A program made the position numbers and the translations under genes. Below, one piece after another: positions 47,948 to 61,907 of a stretch of 64,000 bases of DNA (positions are counted from its first letter, which is position 1; the number at the start of each line of letters is the position of its first letter). A model generated the notes under the pieces. The model did not search any database and was not told the DNA's origin. It saw only the letters and a list, made by a program, of their open reading frames with translations. The stretch comes from Klebsormidium nitens. Its lineage: Eukaryota > Plantae > Klebsormidiophyceae. The DNA is taken from the NCBI GenBank assembly GCA_000708835.1, contig DF237101.1:62001-126000 (forward strand), read 5' to 3'.

Positions 47948-50590
47948 TGGCTCTTGCAAAAGAGCCTTCCTCGCCACGTTTGCACTAATCTCAAGAGCAT
48001 ACCAACTCAGATGAGATACATTTGCAAGAGAAATTGCAAGAACAAATGGAAGAGCGTCTACTGCAGACCCAAAGAACTCCTTACCATGATCCCCAGCCTA
48101 GTGATCAAGACCATATGGTCAAACCCCCCGGTTTTGCGTCCCAGCGATACGGACGTTCGCATCTCCTTGGCCTGCACGACCACTTGGGTGACAGTAGTAC
48201 TACCACTCCCTTCGGGGAGATCCTTCGAAGCCATCACGTGACTCAGGCTTATCTAGGGCCACTACCTGCCAGGGTGGCGCTCAAAAGGCGCCAACGGGTT
48301 CTGTGAACTTCAACCAGCCACTTGATAACTTCAGAAGAGCCTATCATGCTACTGATGACAGGATGTCAGGCTTTTGATTCGCATGTCTATAGTGTGCACA
48401 TCTGATTCTGCCTGCACTTCATGAACCAGCTGATTCAGGTTGATTTATGCTACTCACTCAAGTATGGACCCCACTTTGAGTTTTGACAATACAGGCTTAA
48501 TTTCTTGGAGCTGCTTCCCATTCTGAAGTTGCCGATGTCTTTCTTTGCTGATTCAAAGTGCCAGCTTGAAGAAGCACGTGCAATAGAAGATGGCTTTTCA
48601 GCAAAGACGTTGGCCTGCCAGCTACATGAATTACTGCTGGACAGCTTGCGGTCCGTTTGGCAGAAATATGGCCCTTAAAACCGAAGGTCACTGCAATTGT
48701 TCTTCCGCGGCCCACGCTTTGCGTTATAGTATCTGGACCACAAGCTTCCAGCTCCTCATCCTTTTACCCTTCTAGCGGCCTTTTGTCCAGAGTCTTTTCA
48801 TAAGAGCATTGACTCTGATCTCGAGCCGTCCTCCAATCAATTATGTATGTGAGCGGTCGGCAAGCCTCACAGCTCACGAATGTGAAATCTGAAGAAAACA
48901 GGCCAGCAAACTGGGGTGCTCTTAAAAGTGGACTGCTGAGACTGCTGGCTGCTAGCGGCTGTCTCAAGGCTGGGCTATCTAAGCATGCTAATGCAATGAT
49001 CACTTGAACTGCGCTCAGACCCGAGGGCCGACCGGACGGTCAACCGCTGGAAGTGACCCGCAAGCCGGCGAGCGCGCGCGAGATACCTGCCATCAGGCAT
49101 GGAGGCGGGGCAGAGCCTCGGAGCCCATGACGACATGCATCATTGATGTAGACTCGGACGGTTATAGACTGGGTGAGTTGGTCATGCAAAGCAGGCAAGG
49201 CCTCTGCCCATGAGCCCATCCAATCCCAGTTACCTGGGTAGTTTGCAGCGCAGCCAGGCCAGAGCCCGTTCATCAGAAAGAAATAGTGATGAACACACAC
49301 ACATTCATATCATGTATGCCATAAGGAGCCTATGGCTTAGGTGACTACGGCGTGTAAAAGAGAACATCATCGATCGGCAGCTGTGACGCGCATTGCAGAG
49401 CACCGTGACATAATAGATGCCAGGCCTTTCAATGGCGATGTCTGAAATTGTAAGTCGCGTCGATCTGTTCACGATTGTTGGAGCAAGGCATAGCAGCGAG
49501 GAGTGTGGCCCGTGTGGGAGTGACATTGGAGGTGCTGTGGCACTCACATGCGACTTTGAGATGGCTTGGCCAACGACCATTGTACGTGCATTGTACTAAC
49601 GTTGACATTGATCTCATATTGATATTGATATTGATATTATATCAATAACATTATTGAGTATTAATATATATTGCATCTTGCTTTGCGCGCAATCAATCAT
49701 GAGGCGGCGCTACATGTAAGTTCGTCTGTCTAGTTTGTTGTCGGATCATGGCGGCTTCGTCATGATAATCATGGCGCGTTTTGTCCGCATTGTAATCCAT
49801 CAGAACCAGATATGTTGCATGCATTCCGCCTGACACGAGTATCTTAGCGCAAGGAAGTTCTGGGTGGCTACTCCATCGACATCTTTCTTTTTGCCTGTAT
49901 TATCGTATCTTGCTTAGATCACAACGTACAAGTTACATGCTCCTCTTATGATGCCAAATACTTACAAAGTATTTTTAGCCGTAACCAGCTAAGAATTCGG
50001 GCCAGGTGCATGATACATACATAATTTAAGGAAAGATTGAAGAACCCGGACTGACTACATGAGCCTAAGGTTGTTGATAGGGATAACATTCCTCTTTTGC
50101 ATGAGGGTATAGGCGATCAAGCCCCTTGGAACCAATGATTGTAGACGAGCATGTCGCTAACTCGTGTGGAACATGCTTGTGGAAACTCGTGTATTCCACA
50201 AGCCAAAACCAATCGGTCAGGATGGATCGATATTATATGGTCGCAACTAATGTTGGATACATGAAATCCAGCTAGTGATTTTGAAGGTTCAAGCGGGAAC
50301 AACATCATGCCAGGAAAAATAACTCGTATGGCCACAGACAACCTGCCCTGAATGGAGGCAAGCGAGCCAAAGCTGCGAATGAAGATTGCTTCACTCGATC
50401 CCAAACTATTAGCCCTCGGATACTTGTATTGACTGCAAAAGCCCCCCTAACAAGCCTCTCTTGTCCAGCAAAAACTCTCGGTGCTTTCAGCTTGAAACAT
50501 CTGATTATGTGACCAGCCTGTCACGTCTCAAGACTGGCCATGTTGATCATGCTCAATCGTTAGCAATGGTTTTGGTCGTGGGAGGGCCTG

Positions 50591-51387
50591 TCAACCCTTC
50601 CCAGTCATGGCATTTGCCACCTGGACGCACAAAGGATGCACATTCGGAAGAAGGTCAAAGGTTACTGCTCTGCACTGGAAGGCCTGTTACGGAGATGACA
50701 TTTTTTATCTTGCAAAAAAGTTGCTGGAGACCAAAAGCACGTGTCCTACCTTCTAACCATACCCAACAGAATCGCAGTCACATTCCGATGCTCCCTTAAA
50801 AGACGCCTGCCACTTCCATCTGTCCAACGCCCTTTTAAAGATACCGCTGCTTACCTGTGCTGGCCTTGGCGGGGTCACTTTTTCAGCTCCTAGGGCATTC
50901 CGGATTGGTGGTACAACAAGGGGAAGGGCGAGTCCTGTAAGGCAAACCTGAGCTGAGACTGCGAAGGATGTCAAGAACAGAGAATCCCTGTGGGGCCTTG
51001 TCCTTGAGCTTCAAAGGAAAGACTGGTGAAGAAGCTAGAAACATGACCGTAGAGCACGGCCTTTGAGAGCGACCAGTAGAGAGCATCAGAACACAGCAGT
51101 GCGACAAGCTTCGTCTCCTGCTCTTAACTTTTTAAACCAATTCATTGTTGATACAATGGTGGATGTCGTCAGAAGGAGATCAGCAAGGAGAAAGCATGTC
51201 AAAGAACAGCCAGAAGCAGATTGGTCCTTTACGTAACGTGGAATTGACAGGCAAAACCCTGAGAGGCTGTGATGTTAGAGCGTTGCGATCCACACTTCCA
51301 CGCACCTACTAGTGAGATCCCGCACGACCATACCACCACCGGCTCTCTGATCAGCGCATGACGTAGCCAGCCCCCCAGGCTAGCCAT
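50591..51387 (-). CDS. NDUFA3: Mitochondrial complex I subunit B9 (NDUFA3), plant type
   Basis: Exons 51387-51306, 50934-50855 and 50620-50591 give MASLGGWLRHALIREPVVVWSCGISLVGLALPLVVPPIRNALGAEKVTPPRPAQVANAMTGKG*. Confidence 0.8.
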
Positions 51388-52698
51388 GGCCCCCAGTCCC
51401 TTCAGCAACCGTCGCGCCCGCTTTTTGCGTTGGTTTTTGAGCGGGGGCAAGCGTCCAACCTGATTCGTGAAAAGTGGGAATATCAGACTTTGCACCGTTG
51501 CATGATTGGTGGTTCTGCAGCGCATGTGAGATGACCTACATTTTGACCAATCAACGACTTTGTGCGTGCGCACTCCGCCATTCTTTGGGCCCTGCATTCG
51601 TGTAAGCACTGGCGAGTACAGTGTCTCTGACTGAACCTGGCAAGGCTGCTCAAAATGATCACATTTCATAGCCTTACTCAATATGTTGAGTGCGTCTAAG
51701 GGCGCAACAGGTCAACATCTATCTTAAATACCACTCAAGCAGTACTCGACTAACTACCAACCGATCAAGGCGCAGAAGGAAGATTCTCTGACCTCAATAA
51801 GGGGCACCTTGACGTCAAGACTGGAACGTTGAGGCAGCAGGGCGAAATCTGCCGCAGAACAGTCGGAACCTGCAGTGCTGCTTTCACCTGGACAAACAGC
51901 AATTCTGTAAGACTAAGAATCTGCTGAGCATCTGATCATCATCAACCTGAAACGTTTCTACGTACAGACATATCCGGCAGGAGGATAAGTAATCTAGTTT
52001 TAGAGAAGCAAAAAGGATCCTTCCTGCTGAAATGATCACTCAAAGCGGAGCCTCACCTGACCCTCACCGCCTCCCCAGCCACCTGGACAAGGGCGCCTCC
52101 TCGTAGATCCTATGCAATTTACTAGTCATGTAGCATTTCTGCTTGGAAGAGCAACGTTCGATCACAAATATAAAGTTAAACTGCTGAAAGGAGATTCCTT
52201 TGTAAGGAATTGACACCAGGTTGACGAGCGTTGCCGTTTCAAAGAACGTCTCCATAGAGGCTAAAGGACTAAATATGGCCTTGATAAGCCATATACCGTT
52301 CTGACGGTTCTCAGACAACCCCAGGCATCCCGTCGTCTTGTGCCAAACGAAGTTCGGCCCCTGGATTTTTGCAAAGTCTGTCCATCTTTACGTCTGCATT
52401 TGCAGCTTAACTAGCTAGGCGATGCCTCGCTGTGCATCGCACATGTCACCTTCTCTATGGCGCCCCCTCAGGTTCAACATCCCTGATAGATTCAGCAGCT
52501 TCTACATAGGGGGAACGCCCCAGCAGATGGTTGCAGCCATTCTCCAGCATCCCCGCGCCTTCTCTGCAGCTGACACTTTGGCTTCAGCCAGCTTTGTTGA
52601 ATTTCCGATCAGGAGCAACTAAAAGTTCAGGCAGGCACTGATTCAAGCACTCTTATGCCCCGAAAGCCCTTTGCGTGGGGCTTGCTCGGGAGCTCCCC

Positions 52699-55600
52699 AT
52701 GATGAATGGGAGCAGTAGCGTTCGACGTAGCCCATTGATTGCCATTTCAGCTGAGACTATAGCAATGGCAGTTGCCACCACTAGATTTCAACCTTGCTCC
52801 AGCACTAGTCACTTGGTCCTCATACAGAGCCTCGCAGCAAGCCACTGCTGGGAAGAGTCGTCGTTTACATCTAGAAAGATACAGTCAGGCTGGCTGCAGT
52901 TCTCCAGCTCCAGGACCAACACCGACTGGTTCAGGTCAAAGTCCAAGCCCATTCGCGCCGCAAGAAAAGTAAAGGTGAATGCAGCAGCTGCGGGAGCTGA
53001 TTGCAGCTCCAGACGAGAAGCGAGGGCGCCGGCTTTGGACTCACAAGGGGTGCCCGTGCAGACGAGGAGACTTTTGTGCCTCAGCAACGGGCATGGGGAG
53101 GACGCAATTGCAGTGGCTATCCTCAAGGCACTCAAGGTGGGCAAGCAAAGGTAGTGCCTCTGCGCAAGGCCCGCTGGAACTCTTGCGACAGGAGCTTGAA
53201 GTTTCTGTGCGGTTGTAGGTTGCATTGGCTGGGTTGAAGACCCCAGCGGGCTATTGGTCACAGCATCTGGGTCTGTGGTTAGAAAACTTCGAACATTGAC
53301 CCCACTGCCTGAATCGTAATCAGTGGAGGATCGGTTGTCACAGTTGATCGCGGTTCGTTGCAGTCACCCACCTTCGTCCAGATTGTGCAGTCGAAAAGAA
53401 CCACAGCGCAAACACAAAGATATGATAATCACAATCTGTGACGGTGATGTCATCGTGCTTCTCCAGCACGCTTCAGCAAATCTTTACCTATCATGGAATT
53501 GCGATTCCCTCACGTCTATGTGCCCCTCATCCCTCACCTTTACATGCCTGGCATCTTAGTACAACGAGCATGCTTAACTTGATCTGTACGACCTTCAAGA
53601 CCTCTGCTGTGCTTCTTTCTTCTCCTCTCAATCATTCACATTTTGCTTCCACCCCCCTCCTCGCCCCCCTTCTAGGCAAGTCATTCTGCCACCCCCTTCC
53701 GCAGGAGTTAGCAGAGGAGGAGGATCAGCCCCTGAGCATCGAAGCGCTTCCCTTGGTGGGTTTGGGAGGGGCGTACGTCAGGGCAGGGATCCGGACCATC
53801 GGGCCCGCTCAGATGATGCCAAGTGGCGGCTTCTTGTACATGGATCGCAAGCAGATCGTGGGGGACCTCCAAGCTGGGCTTATGGCGCTCACATGGGAAC
53901 AGGTACGTCACCTCCTGCGGGTGTTACGTTACATACGCTTTCCCCCTTCTTTCCTGAGTGCAGTGAGTCGTCACGAATGTGGGAAGAACGAGGTTCTGCT
54001 TACTTACTCTACAGGTAATGACAATCAATTACTCGCTGCCATATAGGAAGAGTCGTCATACCTTCAGGGTTTAGTCTTAGAAGAATGTAAATCTGAGACC
54101 CACTTGAGAAAGGTTCATGCAAGATACAACTCTTGAGAGGTCCCTTCAATGAAAGCCGGAAGACTCCGTCCTTGTCTGTCAGGTTCAAGGCCGTCGTCAA
54201 TTGGCCCTGATTCGCTGAGCTTCCCATTCTGTTGAGCTCTCAGACTGTTGGGTCTTTTTGTTTTACTTCCAAACGGTCAGTCGAAAGATTCTTTTCAGAA
54301 GCTTCACGAGTAAACAAATTGTGTGGTAGAATCTGAAGACCTGGTGTATCTTTGGACGCTTCTCGTGATCCACTTGGTACATGGATGGCGTCTCTTTGTT
54401 GGACAGGCCCTCTTGAAAGTCACCATTCCGCAAGGAACGTGGTTGCTTAACAATCCAATTTTCGCTGCCTGGTTGCGCCAATCCGTCACACCACATTGCC
54501 ACCCTGTTTGCAGTTAACCACCCTGGTTAAGTGGACCCAAGCGGAAAGTACCGAGAGGGCGACCAGCGCATTGCTTGCCGTGGGAGACGTTCTGCCACTC
54601 GCAATGGCGTGGGTCGCCTCCAAATACGAGAAAACGAGGCGGGAAAAAGACAAAGGCGGGCGGCTGGTCCCGTACGCTTTTGTGGGCACCGCGAAAAGCG
54701 AGTTTTACGTCAAGGAATTAGATGGGAGGAAGCTTGTGCCAGAGAAAAGGGACGCAGGTGAGGTTGTGAAATGCGAGAACAGGGCTGTGAGGATGCAAGA
54801 GATAAAGATTGCTCAAATTTCCAAATTTCCAATCTTGAAATTCGATTCTATACCAGAGACCAAAATCAGCCCGAAAGTCAAGCATGCAATACCCTGCCGA
54901 CATTTAGTTTTCCGGTTGTACATCAACTTCAGTGCGGAAGTTTCTTGATGGTTAAGGATTATCTGGTTCGTGTGCAAAAGTATTCGTTTGCAAGCTGATC
55001 TAGAAGCAAACCTCGAAACCCAAAAGCAAAACGGTTACGAGATTTCTTTCAAAATGCACCAGCTTTCATGTTCGGAGGGTCGAGAAGCTGCTCCATTCCG
55101 CCTGGGCTGTCCAGAAATCCTGAACGAACTCATGGACTCACTAACATTGGAATACGAAGTTCGTCACATGTTCCGTTCGAAGTCGGCAGCACTTCGAGAT
55201 CTGGAAGTTCGTCCTGTATTTCATTCGAGTCGTAACACCCTGAAACCTGGAAATTCAGACTTCAAAAAGAGAGCTTACTATGACTCCCCTGCAGTCGAGA
55301 AGCTGCTCTCCCCTGCCTGCGTCCACCTGCCCTGGGAGCGCGCGCTGATGTCAGCGGACGAGTGCGCGTTCACAGCGCCGCGGGACGCACTCACGGGCGA
55401 AGTGTTGCGGACGCTCCTGCCGGACGGTGTGAAAAGGCGCGTCCTCGATTTGGGCAACCCAATGATGGACGATCTGGCGCCGACGGGCGCCTTGGACGGG
55501 GTTCTGGCAGGGTATGAGGGGTTTAGGCGCGTGGCGATCATGCCGGGGTCGCGCCCTCCTGAGGTGGGTGAGATCGGCTGGCGAGGATGTAGAGGGTGTC

Positions 55601-58048
55601 GCGTGGTCCAACCAAGGGCATTGTGTCGAGCTTCTAAATAATGGAGAGCTTGTGTTCCTCAGGGAAGCAGCTGACAATCAAAGGCCAATGGAGAAGACGG
55701 ACCGAGACTTGGGCGGCTGTTGTTCCTGGATTGCCGCTCGAAGGTCATCGACTGTGCATCAAGCGTCTTTGTGAATCGGATGTTTCGTGACTGTTAGGTA
55801 CCTGCTTTGAACAGAAAGCGGAAGTCGAGAACCCGGTACCTTTGTCCTTGCATTTGCAGTGCAACCTTTGTATAAGCAACATGTAAGTCAGCTTCCGTTG
55901 AAAAGCTCTCTTTCAAGAGCTCCGGTTTCCACAATTGTAAACCCGTCAAATCTGCACGCATTTCTGTTTCTGAGCTTTGAAGGATCAAACCCTTGAGCTT
56001 ATGAGGGTCTGGTGTTGAAGAGTGCGCCGTCATGTCCGCAGGTCCATAGAAACTTTGACACGCTCCTTTCCGCCGCGGATTCCGTCGCCCAAAGCTCGCC
56101 ACACGAGCGCTTCCTCTTCCTGGCGCCTGTCGTTCCCTCGCTGGAAGTTCGGCCGTTTACAGACGCGCTCGCTCGCAACGGCTGGCAGCGAGCGGAGGAA
56201 CCCCTAGAACTCCCCGAAATTAGCGGCGCTTGTGAGTCGCCAACGGAACCGCTTGTGGATGCGTCGGATGAGTCGCTCGAGCGAGGAAACGGCGGACCTT
56301 TGCAAGGGGGGTGGTCAGAGGACGGTACTTCGGAGAATGGTGTAAGAACGTCCGTAAGGTTTGAGAGTGCGTCGACTTTGAAAGAGAGTGAGCAGAAAAA
56401 CGGAAATAAAGTTAGTGCTCGATTACGAGAGCAAGCAGAGCACGCGCAAAGTAGCACGCAACCAAGCGACGGTCCTAGTAGCACCTCGCAACGACCTGAT
56501 GCCGTAGAATGTAGAGATCCAAAACCCACCGGATCCGTTAGTGGACCCTCTCTAACCCGAACGCAGAACGAACATCTGGACGACGTCGTTCCGGAGCCTT
56601 TTGCCGCAGACGGCGGCGGCTGGCCGGAGCCTTCGGAAGGCCCTGTTTCGAGCATACTCTTCCGAAAGCGCGGGGGCGACTCGGCGGTTCTGCTGGTTCG
56701 CGGGGCCTTTGCGGACTGCGCGCAGCGGGCCGAGGCGGGCCTGGCGATGGCCGGGACAGCGACGGAGCAGATGGTAAGGGTTTACTGTTTGAATCTAGCG
56801 ATTGTGGTATGGATTTGAGAGGTTTAGGGTTCGGGGTTTTGGGTTAACCGTTTCTACCGGCAGCAGCCACAAAACTTTCCGAGCGCTTTTCAAAGCTTGC
56901 TTCTGCAGTGTGTTGCGATGCGAGCAGATTTTGATTGTCCAAACATTGCCATCATTTTCTGCGTCACCATCAGCAGGTCGATGGCAAGGGAGCATCTCGC
57001 AGAGCATACATGCTGGACTTTGCAGAGGGCTCGGGTGACATTTCAAGTGCCCGGTTGCTGCAGGTCGAACTCGCTTAACATTTGATTGGCTCGGTTAACA
57101 TTCGACGTGCTCGGTTAACATTCGAAGTGCCCGGTTCCTGCAGGTCGGGCTCGGAAAGCCGGTCTTCACCATGCCCGGGGGAGGGCCCCAGTTTACCTTC
57201 GCCTTTGCGGAGGCGCAGTCGCGGCTGCTGGGTCATTCGGTGAGTCTCGTTCGTTGAGCTCTCAGGGTCTCCTCAATATCCGAAAACATTTTATGTCTCG
57301 GGGTGCTTAGGTGACGGTTCTGCGGACACATACGCTCGCCATCTGCATATTGATCCGATGGTGACTCGGATTCAGCTTTCGAAAGTCTACTGATGTCTGG
57401 ATCACTCGGGCTTTAAGTTTCGTCACAGCATTCGCTCACCCCGATCTCATCGTTTTCTGTCCTTATTGACGGGCGGACATGTCTTACAAACGTTCCCTAT
57501 TACCGGCCGTTACAAAGAATCAACCCACCACTAAAGATTGGAAATCCACAATAATTCTCAAATCTCGCCAGCCTCCTGCCTCGTCAAGCTTTCGTTTCTT
57601 GAAGTCTTTCTGACCCCCGTTTTCCCAGGACAACATTGATAGATGAAAGCACTCGTCTTGCGCTGCGTTTCTGCGGCTTGGCTGCAGCCATAATTCGATA
57701 GTCCCGTAAAGCAGAGCTGCAACGGACGAGAGTCTGCGGTCTAGAACGTTCCTTCGTTTGGTTGTCCTCAACTTTGGCGCTTGTATGGAGAAGATTTGAC
57801 ACATAGCCTGATTGCTGCTATACATATCCAACTCGCAGGTCATCCTCTGCAAATCACCATCTGAGGTGGGGCCTTGCTTTCGGGAAATCTTTTTTGACGA
57901 AAGGCGGCTTGCTGAGATTCGAGAGGATGGGCGACAGCGGATGGGACAGGCCGGCGCGTCCAAGCGCATCGCCCGAGCGATCTGGGATAGGCTGCTGGTC
58001 GAAAACTGCACGCCCGAACTTTCTGAGATAATGACGAGAAGACATTGA
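52699..58048 (+). CDS. Lipid-A-disaccharide-synthase-related protein (TIGR03492-like), probably plastid-targeted
   Basis: LLCLSNGHGEDAIA, ALPLVGLGGAY, MPSGGFLYMD, LAVGDVLPL, YAFVGTAKSEFY, GNPMMDDL, MPGSRPPE, GLAMAGTATEQM|VGLGKPV..PGEGPQFTFAFAEAQSRLLG, RMGQAGASKRIA. The Ser/Arg-rich N-terminus resembles a transit peptide; start is 52699 or 52765. Confidence 0.85.
57045..57147 (+). repeat. 80-bp duplication of a 3' splice site with internal 20-bp repeats
   Basis: AAGTGCCCGGTT(G/C)CTGCAGGTCG occurs twice (AG at 57062-63 and 57142-43); GCTCGGTTAACATTCGA occurs twice. Confidence 0.85.
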
Positions 58049-58783
58049 CAAGGTTACAATCAAAGTAAGCACAGTCAAAGCGGACGTCAAATCGCAAGCT
58101 GTCGCCAAAGTATGTTTGAAAGAATATGGATAGGAGGATGCGCGTTTGCTATTTGCGGCATGTTACCTAATGTATCAGGTGGCCGACGGTTGCCAGCGAT
58201 CTGATTGGATGCCTGTTAGGCCTTCTACGCTCATCGATCCACTAGGTTGCGATGATGTTGTGCAGCATTTACCATGATCAAGTGGTCATCAGTGCAATCA
58301 GGGATATATCATCGGCATCACTGATGCTAGACTGCGTAAGAGAATCTTCAACGCGTGCAGTGCAGTTTTGCAGGCTGCGGTATACACGTCTTTCATATTC
58401 TGGGTCATGATGCAATTTACAACTCAAGTTACATGTGGTTTACTTGATAACTTCCTTAACAACTTGAACCGTTGTACAGCGGGGCCGGAGCTGGCCGTTG
58501 CCAACTTCTGCTTCGCATGATATGCCGCATTCAAGAGGCCGCAAGTCGTTTGTGACGCATCCGCTTGTGGTATGCGAGCTAGGTCATCATGGCAGGCATG
58601 CTATTCGGGCTATGCATTTTTACATGGTCCAACCATACCAATCCGTATATATACGGTCATCCAAGAATGTGGTCGGCTGAAGTTAGCTTCTGCCCAGGCA
58701 AACATGGAACAATCAAAGCAGAGAATATGCAATCCGCGAGCTTCGAAACAACGAAACGCTCAGGATCTGTCTGTATCATAGTG

Positions 58784-59230
58784 CTACAGGAGCAGGTGCT
58801 TCAGCATGTCGAGGCCGGTATCGTACGCATCCAAGCAGCGAGCGACCTCGGCCAGCTGCTTCTGCCTCGACCCTAAGATGCTCCTAAACTCGAGCAACTG
58901 CGCGTCGTAGCTGGCCTGGATGCACGTCGAGACCTCTCGAAGCTGCTTCCCCTTGTTGCCCCTCATCTCAGAAAACTCCAGGGCCTGTCTGTTGTAAGCA
59001 GCAACCGCCTGAGGGAGGTTCTGGCTGTCTTGCTCGGAACTGCGTCTGTCGCTTTGGGATGTGGACACGCAGGCTGGCTTCTGCTCGCGATCGGGACGCG
59101 CCGAGAAGTTGAGCTCTACGCGGTCCTCTTTGGGAGGCAACGTTCTCGTCCTACATTGACGAGTCTTAGTCAGAAGTGGTCCAGAAACAAGGGGCGTTCC
59201 GCGCGTCCAATCCGGACTCTCGATGTCCAA
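58784..59230 (-). CDS. Possible terminal exon of an unidentified coiled-coil protein
   Basis: 148-aa ORF with a helical C-terminus (YDAQLLEFRSILGSRQKQLAEVARCLDAY). Upstream frames do not join cleanly. Confidence 0.3.
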   Translation of the reverse strand: MDIESPDWTRGTPLVSGPLLTKTRQCRTRTLPPKEDRVELNFSARPDREQKPACVSTSQSDRRSSEQDSQNLPQAVAAYNRQALEFSEMRGNKGKQLREVSTCIQASYDAQLLEFRSILGSRQKQLAEVARCLDAYDTGLDMLKHLLL

Positions 59231-61907
59231 TTCGTCCGGAATTATTCAGCCGGGCTTCAGCTGCCGTCAATCGAAAGCTTCGATCAGGAAATCTCTACAG
59301 CCGTGTTAAGATGTCAATGGTGTTCAGGAGATTAAAAGTAATCAATTGCGGAAGTGACAACTTGTCTAAACTTAATTCCTCCATGCCATTCAGAAAGCAC
59401 TTCTGAACAGGGTTTATGGATACGTACGTAACGAGCAAATAGACGGTCAACAAAAAAGAGCAAAGATATCGGGTTCTGGAAAGACATGGTAAAATGATGC
59501 TTCTTCGTGGTGTGGTATGCTTGAAGTTTCTGATGAATGCGCGAGGAAAAGGCTGATCGATTCACAACAATCCAGTCAAAAATGGTGCGTTTCGGCAAAG
59601 GTGTATCCAGGGAGCAGCCACACATTCGCAGCATGAGCGTAAAGGCCACAAGTAGGTCAGTGCTTTCCTCAAGCGGACAATTGATTTTTCGATGCAATGT
59701 TTCAAACTTCGTAGCTCCAGGTTCAGTGATTCCAGAGCAAACACATTGCAGTATGTTCTTGCAGACTCCCATCTTCGCCAGCTCACCTTTGGCCAGAAGT
59801 ACTCTTTAGCGTGGCGGTCTTCTTGAAGGAACTCTCCAAGAGAGAAAGGAACGAGTTGCTGCTTGAGTTTCTGACAAGCCCTGTGATTCGGAGGATCTCT
59901 GGTAGTACACTCTTACGGAATCTGGCCATCGTGGAACTAAGCACGAGGGGCTGGAGCTCTGACCACTCTAGCAGATGTTTTGGCTGCATGCAAGCTGCAA
60001 GAAGAGAAGCAGAGTAATTACGAAGGCTGCGGAAAGGATGTAAGAATTCGAAGGATACTGTTGACCTTCTGCTTCTCTTCAGGGGAGGGATGTGAACGGT
60101 TCGCTCTAAAGCGAAGATAACAGCTTTGCTTGAGCTACAGCTTTCAAAAGATGGAATAGAAGTTCGGTAACCTCGACACAATCTGCGCAGGAGCATGTGG
60201 AGCAAGCAAGCGGTAACACTTGTCGAGATACGGGAAGGAACACGGTCTATGATCGTTTTCGCTTACCAGCCAGGACCTCGAGAAACCATTGAGCGCAGTC
60301 CTTGTCCGAACCGCGCAGGTCTGAAAGCGCTTGTGGAACGGGAAGCCTCTGAACCTGCGTAAGTATTTGCAGAGACGCCCGCTGCTTCGTTCTGGATCTT
60401 TGCATCCAGGCTTTGAAGCCTTCACAAAGTTTCATTCGATTGAATCGAATTTAATGAGCAGATGGAGGAACATTGCACGAAGTGCACAGCGTCTTCCAGA
60501 AGCGTTGTGCACGTTTCCTCATTTGTGATTACAAGATGTCGCTATCTGTTGGCTTACTTTGGCCTCGTAAACGATTCTCTGGTCTGTCTGAAACGTCGGA
60601 CCAGCTTTTTTAGGCGGGAGTGGAGGACGACCCCCCGAGAACTGTCTCCGCTTGCCAGCACTCCCGAGAACGGATTGAACGTCAGCAGCCTCTTGCTGCA
60701 GAATGGAAAACGACTGAGTTCGTTCAATCAAAACTCTTTCAAAAATTCGAAAGTATTGGACATTTTTGAACAGCTTAAACTCCTTGACCTTCACAACGGA
60801 AGGAATCCATTACTAGATGGTACCCTTGCACATTTTCATTGTCCACCATGTCCAATGTTTGAATGATCGGAAGCGAAAAAAGAGAATGACGCGGTGTTTC
60901 TGCATAAGCCGCTCGTTCAGGTTATGAGGCCGGGCGAGGCTTTCTGCGAAGCAAGCTCGGAATCATTAAATGGACGCAGTTCTCGAGAGGTCAACCAGAG
61001 AATCGACTGCAAAAGTTGCTTTGGTATCTGTTGTTGGAAATCGGGAGATTAGTCACGCAGTAGCCAGACTTGACCTTCTGTAGCAAAATCCTCTCTTCCT
61101 CTTACTTCACGAATCCGCCTGCATCTGCCTGGAACGTAGTAGTTTTCACGTACACGAAGCCATTGCCTTCGAGGGTGAAGCATGCGTCATACCTGCTCTT
61201 TGGCTCTTCTTTCATGGCTGTGTTGTAAGGCTTTGAAAGCATCATGATTCTCTACAGTCTTCTCTTCGCTGTAGCCTGTCTCCAAAGGCGAGAGTGTTCT
61301 TGCGAACGGACTGCTAAACTTTCTTTTCCTTTTCTGAGGCTCAGAGACATCCCCCATTCTCACCAGTCACCAACACATTTAGCACAAGCTCCCCACAAGC
61401 TCTAGTCAACAGTTGGATTGAAGCAGTTGACGAGACCCGGAGAACACTCATCGCGTCTTGCAAGCCTCTTGCCTTCGGTCATCTATCGTCTGCAGTCTCC
61501 TTGCAAATCCCCTTTCAAAACACGGCTTCAAAAGTAGCGGAAGCCAGTGGCATTGGAAGGAGCTCAGCTCCACAATCCTTCTTTCCTCTCAAGGCGGATT
61601 GTGCAGACATTCAGACAGAGCTGTTGGTAAGTGTTCTGAATGCCGAAGTCATCGATCGACAATGAAAGCTTAGAGCAGGGCTTGGCTGGAAACTTGAAAG
61701 CTAGACGCGAGCTGAGCTGTGAGTCGAGCGTCTGAAGTATAGCCTATAAGATTACGTCAAGTGTAAGTTTGAATCTCGTCCAATCAGAAAATAACGTGTC
61801 GCCTTGCCGACCACGTTGACCACCTAACACTCAATGTCATTCGTGCCTCATCATCATGAGGCCTAGACCCTTCTGCAATTTGCAGCCATGCCAGGCCGGT
61901 GCCTCTG

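Noticed and set aside
49000-49720. Possible small gene between the kinase and NDUFA3
   Set aside because: Splice-like signals occur, but no consistent frame or recognisable protein could be assembled.
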